DNA from: an uncultured Acidaminococcus sp.
GTDB lineage: Bacteria > Bacillota > Negativicutes > Acidaminococcales > Acidaminococcaceae
Reading direction: 5' to 3'
DNA length: 64,000 bases
NCBI GenBank assembly: GCA_900315205.1
Contig: OMYF01000007.1
Location: 1,969 to 65,968, forward strand
The position numbers were made by a program, and so were the translations under genes. The notes under the pieces were generated by a model. It was not told where the DNA came from. It saw only the letters and a list, made by a program, of their open reading frames with translations, and made no database searches. Shown here piece after piece: positions 1 to 9,338 of the stretch (position 1 is its first letter; each line of letters starts with the position of its first letter).

Positions 1-2013
1 GGCAACTGCATCATGGACCATTTTATCATCTGCCAGATACGGAATGGTCAGATGGCCGATACCGGCACGGGTCTTGTTGAATTCCACAGCCGTTTCCATG
101 GCGTGTTCATTGCGGGCCCAGCTGCGGCGGGCAACACCGCTCATGACATCCCAGCTCAGAGCGCTGCGGATGATCTCATCGACGCGGTGGCTGCCATCCA
201 GGACGAGGCCGAAACCGCCGTTGATGGCTTTGCCGATCCCGACGCCGCCGCCGTTATGCAGGGCGACGAGGCTCATGCCTCTGGCAGCGTTGCCGGCATA
301 GGTCTGGACGGCCATATCCGCCATGACGTTGGATCCGTCTTTGATATTGGAGGTTTCACGGAACGGAGAATCCGTACCGGAGACATCGTGATGGTCACGG
401 CCCATCATGACAGGTCCGATTTCACCCTTGCGGACCATTTCATTGAATTTCAGGGCAATCTTGACACGGCCGACTTCATCCTGATACAGGATACGGGCCT
501 GGGTGCCGACGACGAGCTTGTTCTTTTCGGCATCGCGGATCCAGATATAGTTGTCGCGGTCCTGATACCGGCGGTTCGGGTCGATGCAGCTCATGGCCGC
601 CATATCGGTCTTATGCAGATCTTCCGGCTTGCCGCTCAGGCATACCCAGCGGAACGGGCCATAGCCGTAGTCGAACAGCTGCGGTCCCATGATGTCTTCC
701 ACATAGGACGGCCAGATGAATCCGTCCTTGTCGTCCACACCGTTCTTGGAGATTTCCTTGACGCCGGAATCAAAGACAGCCTTCATGAAGGAGTTGCCGT
801 AGTCAAAGAAGTACACGCCTTTGGAAGTGATCTTCTTCAGGGCCTTGAAATGAGCATGGAGGGTCTTGTCGACGAGTTCACGGAAGTGCTTCGGATCATC
901 CGCCAGCATCTTCGTACGTTCTTCAAAGGTCAGGCCCTGCGGGCAGTAGCCGCCGTTATAGGCGTTATGGCAGGAGGTCTGGTCGGAGACCAGGTCGACA
1001 TGGATGTCGTGGTCGGCGATGTATTCGAGCAGATCCACGATATTGCCATGGTATGCATAGGCCTTGCCTTCCTTCTTCGCCATGGCTTCCTGAGCCAGTG
1101 CGATGACTTCGGGGATGGAATCGGATTCACCGGAGATCCAGCCCTGATCCAGACGGGTCTTGATGCGGGATTCATCCACTTCAGCGATGATGGCAGCGCA
1201 GTTGGCGATGATGGCAGCCTTGCCCTGAGCACCGCTCATGCCGCCCAGGCCGGAGGTCACGAACAGTTTGCCGCCCAGATCGCCGTCTTCCGGGATGCCC
1301 AGCTTCATCCGGCCGGCATTCAGGATCGTGTTGAACGTGCCGTGGACGATGCCCTGAGGTCCGATGTACATCCAGCCGCCGGCAGTCATCTGCCCATAGT
1401 TCGCAACGCCCATTTCCTCGGCGATTTCCCAGTCTTTCAGGTTGTCATATTCGCCGACCATCAGGCCGTTCGTAATGATGACCCGCGGAGCTTCCGGTTT
1501 GGAATGGAACAGGCCCACAGGATGGCCGGATTCCATGACCAGGGTCTGATCCGGTGTCATTTCTTCCAGATACCGTTTGATGAGCAGATACTGCATCCAG
1601 TCATGGCAGACGGAACCGGTTTCGCCGTAGGTGACCAGTTCATACGGATACAGTGCCACTTCGAAATCGAGGTTGTTGTCGATCATCACCTGGAAGGCCT
1701 TGCCTTCGGTGCATTTCCCTTTATATTCGTTGATGGGCTTGCCATAGATACGGCCTTCCGGACGGAAACGGTATCCATAGATACGGCCGCGCGTGGTCAG
1801 TTCTTCCAGAAATTCAGGGATCAGTTCCTGATGGTATTCTTCCGGGATATAACGAAGTGCATTCTTCAGTGCCAGCTCAGTCTGGGCCGGAGTCAGACGG
1901 AATCCACGGTCCGGAGCACGGCGGATGCCTTCCACGAATTTCTTCTTCGGAGGCAGGCCATTCGGGAATTCCAGTTTGATGGTCATTGCTTTTGCGATAT
2001 CAGCATTTTTCAT
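1..2013 (-). CDS. hutU: urocanate hydratase (urocanase); C-terminal end runs off the window start
   Basis: The ORF is open at the window edge, so it is absent from the ORF track. My minus-strand translation starts at the ATG (complement of 2011-2013) with a GGAGTGGAT RBS just upstream. It reads MKNADIAKAMTIKLEFPNGLPPKKKFVEGIRRAPDRGFRLTPAQ... and continues through YGETGSVCHDWMQY, GQMTAGGWMYIGPQGIVHGT and GGMSGAQGKA, which is the long-form urocanase layout. About 671 codons lie in the window. The 13..2127 plus ORF is its antisense shadow. Confidence 0.9.
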   Translation of the reverse strand, partial: MKNADIAKAMTIKLEFPNGLPPKKKFVEGIRRAPDRGFRLTPAQTELALKNALRYIPEEYHQELIPEFLEELTTRGRIYGYRFRPEGRIYGKPINEYKGKCTEGKAFQVMIDNNLDFEVALYPYELVTYGETGSVCHDWMQYLLIKRYLEEMTPDQTLVMESGHPVGLFHSKPEAPRVIITNGLMVGEYDNLKDWEIAEEMGVANYGQMTAGGWMYIGPQGIVHGTFNTILNAGRMKLGIPEDGDLGGKLFVTSGLGGMSGAQGKAAIIANCAAIIAEVDESRIKTRLDQGWISGESDSIPEVIALAQEAMAKKEGKAYAYHGNIVDLLEYIADHDIHVDLVSDQTSCHNAYNGGYCPQGLTFEERTKMLADDPKHFRELVDKTLHAHFKALKKITSKGVYFFDYGNSFMKAVFDSGVKEISKNGVDDKDGFIWPSYVEDIMGPQLFDYGYGPFRWVCLSGKPEDLHKTDMAAMSCIDPNRRYQDRDNYIWIRDAEKNKLVVGTQARILYQDEVGRVKIALKFNEMVRKGEIGPVMMGRDHHDVSGTDSPFRETSNIKDGSNVMADMAVQTYAGNAARGMSLVALHNGGGVGIGKAINGGFGLVLDGSHRVDEIIRSALSWDVMSGVARRSWARNEHAMETAVEFNKTRAGIGHLTIPYLADDKMVHDAVA

Positions 2014-2076
2014 GATTTGAATCCACTCCTTTTCTCTATCATCCACGAGGATCTGTTGCTCGTCTCTTACGGTTCT

Positions 2077-2108
2077 ATTGTACGGACCATTCATCAAAAA
2101 AACGTCGA
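2077..2108 (-). promoter_or_regulatory. candidate hutU promoter: TTCGACGTTTTTTT element, 20-nt spacing, G-TACAAT -10
   Basis: The minus strand reads ATTCGACG-tttttttgatgaatggtccg-TACAAT-agaacc. The -10 is the complement of 2077-2082 and GACG is the complement of 2103-2106. The same layout occurs at three other hut promoters. Confidence 0.55.
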
Positions 2109-2287
2109 ATCGTATCGTTTTTTTTAGTTTTTTCCTGATTTTTTTCTCCCGCTTTTTTGACGGAAAAAGCGGAGAATCGTCAATACCGGCATTAAAACGT
2201 CCAAAACGGGAAGCCGCATCGGCAGGCAGCCGTCCGGGAACCGCGAAGGGGCCCCCTGCTGCCGGATACCCGGCGCCACGGAAAGGG

Positions 2288-2313
2288 AAAAATCCCCGCA
2301 ATGCGGGGATTTT
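2288..2313 (-). terminator. rho-independent terminator after hutH
   Basis: AAAATCCCCGC-aat-GCGGGGATTTT hairpin with U-runs on both strands, 18 nt past the hutH stop. Confidence 0.8.
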
Positions 2314-2330
2314 CCGGAGTACTGCAGTTT

Positions 2331-3893
2331 TTAGAAGAATCTGAGGTCAGCTTTTTCTTCGACCGCTTCAAGGATATCACCATCAGCAACGACTTTGGTG
2401 ATCTTCTCCAGCTCGTCAAACATCTCGATGTCCTTATCATATTCGATGAACTTGTTGCTCTTCCTGACGGCATCATAGGCAGCCTGGGTCCCATCGCCAA
2501 GATGGAAGCCTTCGCCTTCGCGCAGGTCGATCGCCTGGCAGGCAGCGAGGATTTCCGTTGCGATGACGCGGCGCACGTTGCTGCAGATCTCAGCGGCCTT
2601 GCGGGCAGCGCAGGCGCCCATGGAAACAAGGTCTTCCTGGTTTTCGCAGCTCGGGATGGAGTCGACGGAAGCCGGATGGGCCAGCACTTTATTTTCGCTG
2701 ACGAGTGCGGCTGCCGCATATTGAGTGATCATGAACCCGGAGTTCAGGCCGGAATGTTTTACGAGGAAGGAAGGGAATCCGGACAGGGAGTTGTTGATGG
2801 TCCTTTCCAGACGGCGTTCGGACACATTGGCGATTTCAGAAAGGCCGATCCCCAGGAAATCGAAGGGCAGGGCCATCGGTTCGCCGTGGAAGTTGCCGCC
2901 GGAGATCACATCGCCGTCCGGCAGGACGATGGGGTTGTCCGTAGCGGAGTTGATCTCGATGTCGACTTTCTCCTTGACGAAGCCCAGCGCATCCTTGCTG
3001 GCGCCGTGGATCTGAGGGATGCAGCGCAGGGAGTACGGATCCTGGACTTTCAGTTCGCCCTGATGGGTCACATAGGTACTGTTCTTCAGCAGGGAACGCA
3101 TATTGTAGGCCGTATCGAGCTGGCCGCGGTGCGGACGGATCGTATGGAGTCTCTCATCAAAGGCATCGATGATGCCGCGGTTGGCTTCGATCGTCAGGGC
3201 GCCGGCGATATCGCTCTGCTTCAGGAGCAGCATGCCGTCCCAGAGAGCGAAGGTGCCCATGGCCGTCAGGATCGGCGTGCCGTTGATCAGTCCCAGGCCT
3301 TCCTTGGCCACGAGCTTGATGATGGGGATGCCGGCCCGGTCCATGGCTTCCCTGCCGCTCATCAGTTCCCCTTTGTATTCAGCCTTGCCCAGGCCGAGCA
3401 TCGGGAGCACCATATGGGCCAGCGGAGCCAGGTCGCCGGAAGCACCCAGGGAACCCTTTTCGGGAATGTAAGGATGGACACCCTTGTTGATCATTTCGAC
3501 CAGCGTGTTCAGCGTTTCCATCCGGACTCCGGAATACCCTTTGACCAGCGCATTGGCACGGATCGTCATGGCGCAGCGGGTGACTTCGCGGGAAAGCGGA
3601 TTGCCGTAGCCGCAGCAGTGGGTGCGGATCAGGTTTTCCTGGAGCTGGCTGCAGTCTTCCTTGGAAATGGATACGCGGCACAGGGACCCGAAACCGGTCG
3701 TCACACCGTAGACGACCTTCTCGTTTTCCACGATATCATCGATCAGGGCACGGGAAGCCTTGATGCGGGCGACAGCGTCCGGATCGACTTTGATCTTCGC
3801 GCCGTAGCGGGAAATCGCGATCAGTTCTTCCAGAGTCAGATCATTGCCGTTCAGGGTCACTTCTTTGATGTTCTTTACGTCTTTTAACAACAT
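2331..3893 (-). CDS. hutH: histidine ammonia-lyase
   Basis: 520-aa ORF carrying the MIO-forming motif GSLGASGDLAPLAH (Ala-Ser-Gly) and the HAL/PAL family layout. There is a GAGGAGGA RBS upstream of the ATG at 3893. Confidence 0.95.
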   Translation of the reverse strand: MLLKDVKNIKEVTLNGNDLTLEELIAISRYGAKIKVDPDAVARIKASRALIDDIVENEKVVYGVTTGFGSLCRVSISKEDCSQLQENLIRTHCCGYGNPLSREVTRCAMTIRANALVKGYSGVRMETLNTLVEMINKGVHPYIPEKGSLGASGDLAPLAHMVLPMLGLGKAEYKGELMSGREAMDRAGIPIIKLVAKEGLGLINGTPILTAMGTFALWDGMLLLKQSDIAGALTIEANRGIIDAFDERLHTIRPHRGQLDTAYNMRSLLKNSTYVTHQGELKVQDPYSLRCIPQIHGASKDALGFVKEKVDIEINSATDNPIVLPDGDVISGGNFHGEPMALPFDFLGIGLSEIANVSERRLERTINNSLSGFPSFLVKHSGLNSGFMITQYAAAALVSENKVLAHPASVDSIPSCENQEDLVSMGACAARKAAEICSNVRRVIATEILAACQAIDLREGEGFHLGDGTQAAYDAVRKSNKFIEYDKDIEMFDELEKITKVVADGDILEAVEEKADLRFF

Positions 3894-4011
3894 TTTAAAT
3901 CCATCCTCCTCATTTTTATCAACATGATGCGTGGGCCTGCCGCCTGCCGTTACGGTCCAGTGCGGCGCGGGACCACTTTCCGTTTATCCGGTAAAAAGAC
4001 TGATTTCCAAT

Positions 4012-4045
4012 GAAAGCGGCTGCTGTCTAACAGGAACAGCAGCCG
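4012..4045 (-). terminator. hairpin terminator after the hut-locus transporter
   Basis: CGGCTGCTGT-loop-ACAGCAGCCG stem followed on the minus strand by CTTTC. The U-tract is weak. Confidence 0.55.
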
Positions 4046-4058
4046 GTGGACATTTCGT

Positions 4059-5369
4059 TTAACCAAGGATCATGGCACCGATCAGGCCGCCGATGAACAG
4101 GGTGACATCGTAGAAGATGAAGGTCGGTACACAGGTATCCCAGATGTGGTTGTGCTGACCGTCCGCATTCAGGCCGGAAGTCGGTCCCAGCGTCGAGTCA
4201 GAGGCAGGAGAGCCTGCGTCGCCCAGGGCAGCCGCGATACCGATCAGAAGGATGATGGATCCGGTGGAGAATCCGAGTTTGTAGCCCATGGGGATGTAGA
4301 TGGAAGCGACCACGGGGATCGTCCCGAAGGAAGTGCCGATGCCCATCGTGATCAAAAGGCCTACGGCCAGCATGACGAAGGCGCCGCCGAACTTGGTGGT
4401 GATGACGGAAGTCGTCGCATTGACCAGGGCTTCGACGGAATGGGTCTCGCGGAGCACATTGGCATATCCGGCAGCCACCAGCATCACGAATGCGATGAAG
4501 CCCATCATGGCAACGCCGCCGTCGACGTATTCATCGATCTTCTTCCATTTGATGCCGCCGGTCACGAGCATGACGACCAGTCCGCAGGTCGCGCCGATCG
4601 GCAGGGACTCGAAATGCAGCTGGGCCACGAAAGCCACCACAGCGGCAGCCAGAGCCTTCCAGCAGTCAGGGGTCATCTTGCTTTCTTCATCGGATACATC
4701 GGATACGCCGGTGATCGGCAGATCTTTGTATTCACGGTCACGTGCACAGTACAGGAAAACGGCAAGGATCAGGCCGACCAGCATGGCAACGCCGCCGATC
4801 CACATCACGGAGGAAATGTCGCTGATGCCGACATCCACTTTATTGGCGACCATCTGGTCCTTGATGATGGTCATGAACAGCAGGCCGAAGCCAACGGGCA
4901 GGGAAACGTACGGTGCTTTCAGTCCGAAGGTCAGGGCGCAGGCCACAGCCCGGCGGTCCAGCTTCATTTTGTTCATCACATGGAGCAGGGGCGGGATCAG
5001 GATGGGGATGAAGGCAATATGCACAGGGATCAGGTTCTGGGAGAAGCAGGCGAAGAACGCGATGGTAAAGCAGAACAGCAGTTTTTTCGTGCCCACAGCC
5101 TTTGCGATCTTGCGGGCTGCGATGTCTGCCAGGCCGGACCGTCCGATGGCAACTGTCAGGACCCCGAGCAGGATGTAGCTCAGAGCCGTTTCCGAGTTGC
5201 CGCCCATACCGGCGATCATGGTGCTGAAAGTCTTGCTGAGATCAAGTCCTCCGGTAAGACCGGCTACGATCGCGGAGATCAGGATGGCCAGAAGTACGTT
5301 CATTTTCAAGAGACACAGGGCTGTCATGACGATTACGGAAATTACGATTGGATTGGATAAAATTCCCAT
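4059..5369 (-). CDS. NhaC-superfamily (YuiF-like) membrane transporter; probable histidine/amino-acid importer of the hut locus
   Basis: I trimmed track ORF 4059..5432 to the ATG at 5369 (MGILSNPIVISV...), which has an AAGGAG RBS upstream. The 21 upstream codons are basic and non-membrane-like. The 436-aa product is hydrophobic throughout with many predicted helices. The substrate is inferred only from its position between hutH and the formimino-THF genes. Confidence 0.75.
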   Translation of the reverse strand: MGILSNPIVISVIVMTALCLLKMNVLLAILISAIVAGLTGGLDLSKTFSTMIAGMGGNSETALSYILLGVLTVAIGRSGLADIAARKIAKAVGTKKLLFCFTIAFFACFSQNLIPVHIAFIPILIPPLLHVMNKMKLDRRAVACALTFGLKAPYVSLPVGFGLLFMTIIKDQMVANKVDVGISDISSVMWIGGVAMLVGLILAVFLYCARDREYKDLPITGVSDVSDEESKMTPDCWKALAAAVVAFVAQLHFESLPIGATCGLVVMLVTGGIKWKKIDEYVDGGVAMMGFIAFVMLVAAGYANVLRETHSVEALVNATTSVITTKFGGAFVMLAVGLLITMGIGTSFGTIPVVASIYIPMGYKLGFSTGSIILLIGIAAALGDAGSPASDSTLGPTSGLNADGQHNHIWDTCVPTFIFYDVTLFIGGLIGAMILG

Positions 5370-5443
5370 GAAAATCTCAACTCCTTTATTAAATTTTTCC
5401 GGTTCCGGAAGCTGCCTGCCCAGCCTCCTCAATTGACAGCTTC

Positions 5444-5475
5444 ATTGTACGCTGCAGCAGACCGAAAAACGTCAA
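5444..5475 (-). promoter_or_regulatory. candidate promoter of the hut-locus transporter: TTTGACGTTTTT element, 20-nt spacing, G-TACAAT
   Basis: The minus strand reads AATTTGACG-tttttcggtctgctgcagcg-TACAAT-gaagc. The -10 is the complement of 5444-5449 and GACG is the complement of 5470-5473. Confidence 0.55.
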
Positions 5476-5846
5476 ATTTTTAAAATTTATTTTGCATTAT
5501 TCAGTTTTTTCATACTTTTTGCGCTTCCTGCTTTTTTGACGATTTTTACCGAACTATCGAATTAGCACGCTAAAGAATCGGGCATATTTTTTTGTTTTCC
5601 AGTGGTCAGACGACTTTTCTGCAAATAAATCATTCGGCCCATTCCGTACGTTAAAGCCATGGGGAAATTGAATCATGATTCCCCGAACCGTCCGTTTCTC
5701 CGCAAAACTGGAAGTTTTTTCCCTCTCGATCCGTTCCCTTCCAGTTTGGAAAGCCGCACGGATCCTGCTGCCGCGGCCGTGCCCGGCCGCCTGCCGGCAG
5801 AAAAGGACGGGCCTCGATCCCCGCTCCTGCAGAAATGCCCGCAGCG

Positions 5847-5893
5847 AAAAAAGGCCCGCTGCCTGCGCGAAATCTTCGCACAGGCAGCGGGCC
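5847..5893 (-). terminator. rho-independent terminator after fchA
   Basis: 13-bp stem GGCCCGCTGCCTG / CAGGCAGCGGGCC followed by TTTTTT on the minus strand. Confidence 0.85.
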
Positions 5894-5917
5894 CGCAAAA
5901 ACTTTTCTGATGCCGGA

Positions 5918-6538
5918 TCAGAGATTGACCTTGCTCAGCAGATCATGCTCCTTAGCGTCCACATCCGCTTCGATGGCAGCCATCTTCGCTTTCAGGTCGG
6001 CCACGAAGGCTTCATCCTTGATGCTGCCAAGGTTGATCTTGACATTCAGGAATGCGCCCCGCACAGCGGCCCTGGCGTTCATGGCTGCTACAGCGCCGTC
6101 GGTCACGGCATTGGGATTGCCGCGGGTGATGACAGCGTCAGCCAGTCCAAAGAGCTGGTTTGCCGCTTCTCCCACCCTGAACGGGACGAGAGCCGCCCCT
6201 TTCGTGGCATCCTGGATGGCTTCATGCCGGACCTTCTTGTCCGCATCCGTCGCTTTCGGCAGCTTGAAGGCCGCCATGATCTTATTGAAGGCAGCACTGT
6301 CCTCATCGATGAGGGCCAGGAACTGTTCCTTCAGGGCAGCGGCTTTCGCTGCCACTTCCTTCATTTCAGCCTCGGAGGAGGCATATTTCTCCTTGCCGAT
6401 GGTCAGATGGGCTACCATCTCGATCAGTGCAGCTGCGGAAGCCGCGTTCAGCGCCGCGATGCTGCCGCCGCCAGGAGCCGGAGAAGAAGAACTCGTCTCC
6501 TGGATGAACCCTTCAACCGTCAATTTTTTCAGTTCCAT
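5918..6538 (-). CDS. fchA: formiminotetrahydrofolate cyclodeaminase / methenyl-THF cyclohydrolase (FTCD C-terminal domain family)
   Basis: 206-aa all-helical protein with an N-terminal SSSSPAPGGGSIAALNAASAAAL motif typical of cyclodeaminase-domain proteins. A GAGGAG RBS is present. It lies 17 nt downstream of fhs. Confidence 0.85.
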   Translation of the reverse strand: MELKKLTVEGFIQETSSSSPAPGGGSIAALNAASAAALIEMVAHLTIGKEKYASSEAEMKEVAAKAAALKEQFLALIDEDSAAFNKIMAAFKLPKATDADKKVRHEAIQDATKGAALVPFRVGEAANQLFGLADAVITRGNPNAVTDGAVAAMNARAAVRGAFLNVKINLGSIKDEAFVADLKAKMAAIEADVDAKEHDLLSKVNL

Positions 6539-6555
6539 TTCTACTCCTCGGTTCC

Positions 6556-8226
6556 TCAGAACAGTCCCGTGATCTTGCCGTTCGCATCGATATCCATGTT
6601 CAGCGCCGCCGGCTTCTTCGGCAGGCCGGGCATGACCATGATGTTGCTCGTCTGGGCGACGATGAAGCCCGCCCCGTTGGAAACGCGGACATCCTGCACG
6701 GTGATGTCGAAGTCTTTCGGAGCGCCCAGGAGAGCCGGGTTGTCACTGAGGGAATACTGGGTCTTGGCTACGCAGATCGGCAGCTTGTCCACGCCCCAGG
6801 CTTCGAGCTGTTTGATCTGTTTTTTGGCGTTCGGTGTGAATTCGACGCCCTTGCCGCCATAGATATTCGTGACGATCGCTTTCAGCTTGTTCGGGATCGT
6901 GTCATTCACATCATACAGCTGTTTCGGTTCGGCCTTGATCGTATCCAGGATCTCGACGAGCTTGTTGGCCATGTCGATGCCGCCTTCGCCGCCTTTTTCC
7001 CAGCATTCGTTCAGGGTCACTTCCACGCCGAAGCTCTCGCACTTCTTGAGCAGCATCTCGATTTCAGCCGGCGTATCGGACGAGAACTTGTTGATGGCGA
7101 CCAGGACGGGCAGCCCGAAGCTGCGCATGTTCTCGACCTGCTTAGCCAGGTTGCTGAAGCCGTCGCTGACAGCCTGCACATTTTCCCTGCTCAGTTCGGT
7201 CTTCTTGACACCGCCGTGCATCTTGAGGGCACGGATGGTGGCGACGACGACGACTGCATCCGGATAGATATTGCCGTAATGGCATTTGATGTCCATGAAC
7301 TTTTCAGCACCCAGATCCGCACCGAAGCCTGCTTCCGTGACGGCGATGTCGCCGAGCTTCATCGCCATCTTCGTGGCGAGGATGGAGTTGCAGCCATGGG
7401 CGATATTGGCAAAGGGTCCGCCGTGGATGATGGCCGGTGTATGTTCCAGGGTCTGGACCAGGTTCGGTTTGATGGCATCCTTCATGAGCATCGCCATGGC
7501 GCCTTCGCAGCCGAGCTGATGGACGTAGACGGGGTTGCCGTCCAGATCCGGACCGATGATGATCCTGCCGAAGCGGCGTTTCAGGTCCTGCAGATCCGTG
7601 GCAAGGCACAGGATGGCCATGATTTCAGAAGCCACCGTGATCATGAAGCCGTCTTCCCGCGTGAAGCCGCAGGCCTTGCCGCCCAGTCCCACAACGACGT
7701 GGCGCAGGGCGCGGTCGTTCATGTCCATGACGCGGCGCCAGGTGATCTGGCGGGCATCGATGCGCAGCTCATTCCCCTGCTGGATGTGGTTGTCGATCAT
7801 GGCCGCCAGCAGGTTGTTGGCTGCCGTGATCGCATGCATATCCCCCGTGAAATGGAGGTTGATATCGTCCATCGGGACGACCTGGGCATAGCCGCCGCCG
7901 GCAGCACCGCCCTTGATGCCGAACACAGGTCCGAGGGACGGTTCGCGCAGGGCTACGACAGCCTTCTTGCCGATCTTGTTCAGAGCCTGCACAAGGCCGA
8001 TGCTCGTCGTGGACTTGCCTTCACCGGCCGGAGTCGGTGTAATGGCCGTCACGAGGACCAGTTTGCCGTCGGGTTTGTTTTCCAGACGCTTCAGCACGTC
8101 CAGGGAGATTTTGGCCTTATAATGGCCGTACTGCTCCAGCTCTTCCGGATGGATATCCAGCTGGGCGGCGATCTTGTCGATCGGTTCCATCACATTTTTC
8201 TGGGCAATCTCAATATCGCTTAACAT
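6556..8226 (-). CDS. fhs: formate--tetrahydrofolate ligase
   Basis: I trimmed the track ORF to the ATG at 8226 ([11 protein letters not shown]...), which follows a GAAGGAGGA RBS. This gives the canonical 556 aa. Contains the P-loop-like [14 protein letters not shown] and [15 protein letters not shown] motifs of Fhs. Confidence 0.95.
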   Translation of the reverse strand: MLSDIEIAQKNVMEPIDKIAAQLDIHPEELEQYGHYKAKISLDVLKRLENKPDGKLVLVTAITPTPAGEGKSTTSIGLVQALNKIGKKAVVALREPSLGPVFGIKGGAAGGGYAQVVPMDDINLHFTGDMHAITAANNLLAAMIDNHIQQGNELRIDARQITWRRVMDMNDRALRHVVVGLGGKACGFTREDGFMITVASEIMAILCLATDLQDLKRRFGRIIIGPDLDGNPVYVHQLGCEGAMAMLMKDAIKPNLVQTLEHTPAIIHGGPFANIAHGCNSILATKMAMKLGDIAVTEAGFGADLGAEKFMDIKCHYGNIYPDAVVVVATIRALKMHGGVKKTELSRENVQAVSDGFSNLAKQVENMRSFGLPVLVAINKFSSDTPAEIEMLLKKCESFGVEVTLNECWEKGGEGGIDMANKLVEILDTIKAEPKQLYDVNDTIPNKLKAIVTNIYGGKGVEFTPNAKKQIKQLEAWGVDKLPICVAKTQYSLSDNPALLGAPKDFDITVQDVRVSNGAGFIVAQTSNIMVMPGLPKKPAALNMDIDANGKITGLF

Positions 8227-8249
8227 GGGTCCGTCCTCCTTCAAAGCTC

Positions 8250-9155
8250 TCAGTTTTCAGCATCCAGCAGACGTTTTTCAAGAATTTCATCCATATTGAA
8301 GTTTTCGATCTGCAGATAATATTCTGCAGCCATCAGCAGGGCTTTCATCGGAACGGTGCCGATGACTTCGCTTCCGACGACGGGCACGCCGTAGCGGCGG
8401 GCTTCCATCTTGACCATTTCGAAAGCTCTGTAGACTGCCGTCTTTTCATAGTTGACGAGGTTCATGGAGACCTGGGTCTGGTTCCGTTCTTCCAGCTTCA
8501 GTCCGATGGCCTTGACAAAGTGCAGGCCGCCGCCGATGTTGCGGACTTTCTTCGCAATGGCCTGAGCCACTTCGACATTGTCCGTGCCCAGGTTGACGTT
8601 AAAGGCGATCAGAGGCACGCGGGCGCCCACGGCGGAGCAGCCGGAAACGGCATTCATTTCAGCAGGGCCGTAGTCAGGCTTCCAGGCCGGATCTTTGATC
8701 TTTTCAAAGAAGCCCTCATACTGGCCTTTGCGGACCGTAGCCAGGTTGCGGCGTTCCTCGCAGGTGGCGGCATCTTCATAGAGATACACAGGGATGCCCA
8801 TATCGCCGTAGGCCTTGCCGACCTTGTTGGCGATTGCGACGCACTCATCCATGGTCACGCCCATGACCGGCGTGAAGGGCACCACATCGACGGCGCCGAA
8901 ACGGGGATGGGCACCATGGTGGGTCCGCATATCGATGAGCTGGATGGCGACTTTCGCCATATTGATGGCAGCTTCCGTAACGGCCTCAGGGGATCCGATG
9001 ATGGTTACGACAGAACGGTTATGGTTAGGATCAAGGGAATAGTCAAGCAGGGTCAGCCCTTTGATCTTACGGGCTTCATCGACGATCTTCTCGACCTTTG
9101 CCTTGTCACGGCCTTCACTAAAATTCGGTACAAATTCCACTAACTTTTTAGCCAT
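8250..9155 (-). CDS. ftcD: glutamate formimidoyltransferase
   Basis: 301 aa starting [17 protein letters not shown], the signature N-terminus of the formiminotransferase domain. GGAGGT RBS upstream. It is the first gene of the ftcD-fhs-fchA unit. Confidence 0.9.
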   Translation of the reverse strand: MAKKLVEFVPNFSEGRDKAKVEKIVDEARKIKGLTLLDYSLDPNHNRSVVTIIGSPEAVTEAAINMAKVAIQLIDMRTHHGAHPRFGAVDVVPFTPVMGVTMDECVAIANKVGKAYGDMGIPVYLYEDAATCEERRNLATVRKGQYEGFFEKIKDPAWKPDYGPAEMNAVSGCSAVGARVPLIAFNVNLGTDNVEVAQAIAKKVRNIGGGLHFVKAIGLKLEERNQTQVSMNLVNYEKTAVYRAFEMVKMEARRYGVPVVGSEVIGTVPMKALLMAAEYYLQIENFNMDEILEKRLLDAEN

Positions 9156-9215
9156 TTCAGCACCTCCATAAAATGAAAAACCAGCATAAGCGGTATATCC
9201 CGCAAATTTGGCTCC

Positions 9216-9247
9216 ATTGTACCAATGGCTCGCCTAAAAAACGTCGA
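9216..9247 (-). promoter_or_regulatory. candidate ftcD-fhs-fchA promoter: ATCGACGTTTTTT element, 20-nt spacing, G-TACAAT
   Basis: The minus strand reads TCATCGACG-ttttttaggcgagccattgg-TACAAT-ggagc. The -10 is the complement of 9216-9221 and GACG is the complement of 9242-9245. Confidence 0.55.
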
Positions 9248-9275
9248 TGAGAAAAAAAGAGGAAAAAAACCGCTT

Positions 9276-9307
9276 TTGACTAATATTTGACGTTTTCAGC
9301 CTAGCAT
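9276..9307 (+). promoter_or_regulatory. candidate hutD promoter: TTGACT, 20-nt spacer containing a second TTGACGTTTT, TAGCAT -10
   Basis: The plus strand reads TTGACT-aatatttgacgttttcagcc-TAGCAT. It has the same 20-nt geometry as the three minus-strand hut promoters, but the -10 match is weaker. Confidence 0.4.
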
Positions 9308-9338
9308 GGAGGGAGTTCAATCAGTGAGGTGATCTTTC

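Noticed and set aside
13-2127. 704-aa plus-strand ORF covering the first 2 kb
   Set aside because: It is the antisense shadow of hutU. Its composition is Asp/His/Gly/Ala/Ile/Phe-skewed and it has no motifs. The opposite strand translates into an unmistakable urocanase with a proper RBS.
2301-3887. 528-aa plus-strand ORF
   Set aside because: It is antisense to hutH, which carries the Ala-Ser-Gly MIO motif. It has no RBS and a shadow-type amino-acid composition.
5554-5910. Overlapping 76-114-aa ORFs on both strands in the hut-locus gap
   Set aside because: They are Arg/Pro/Gly-rich, mutually overlapping, and lack RBS and recognisable domains. The region is treated as non-coding or decayed.
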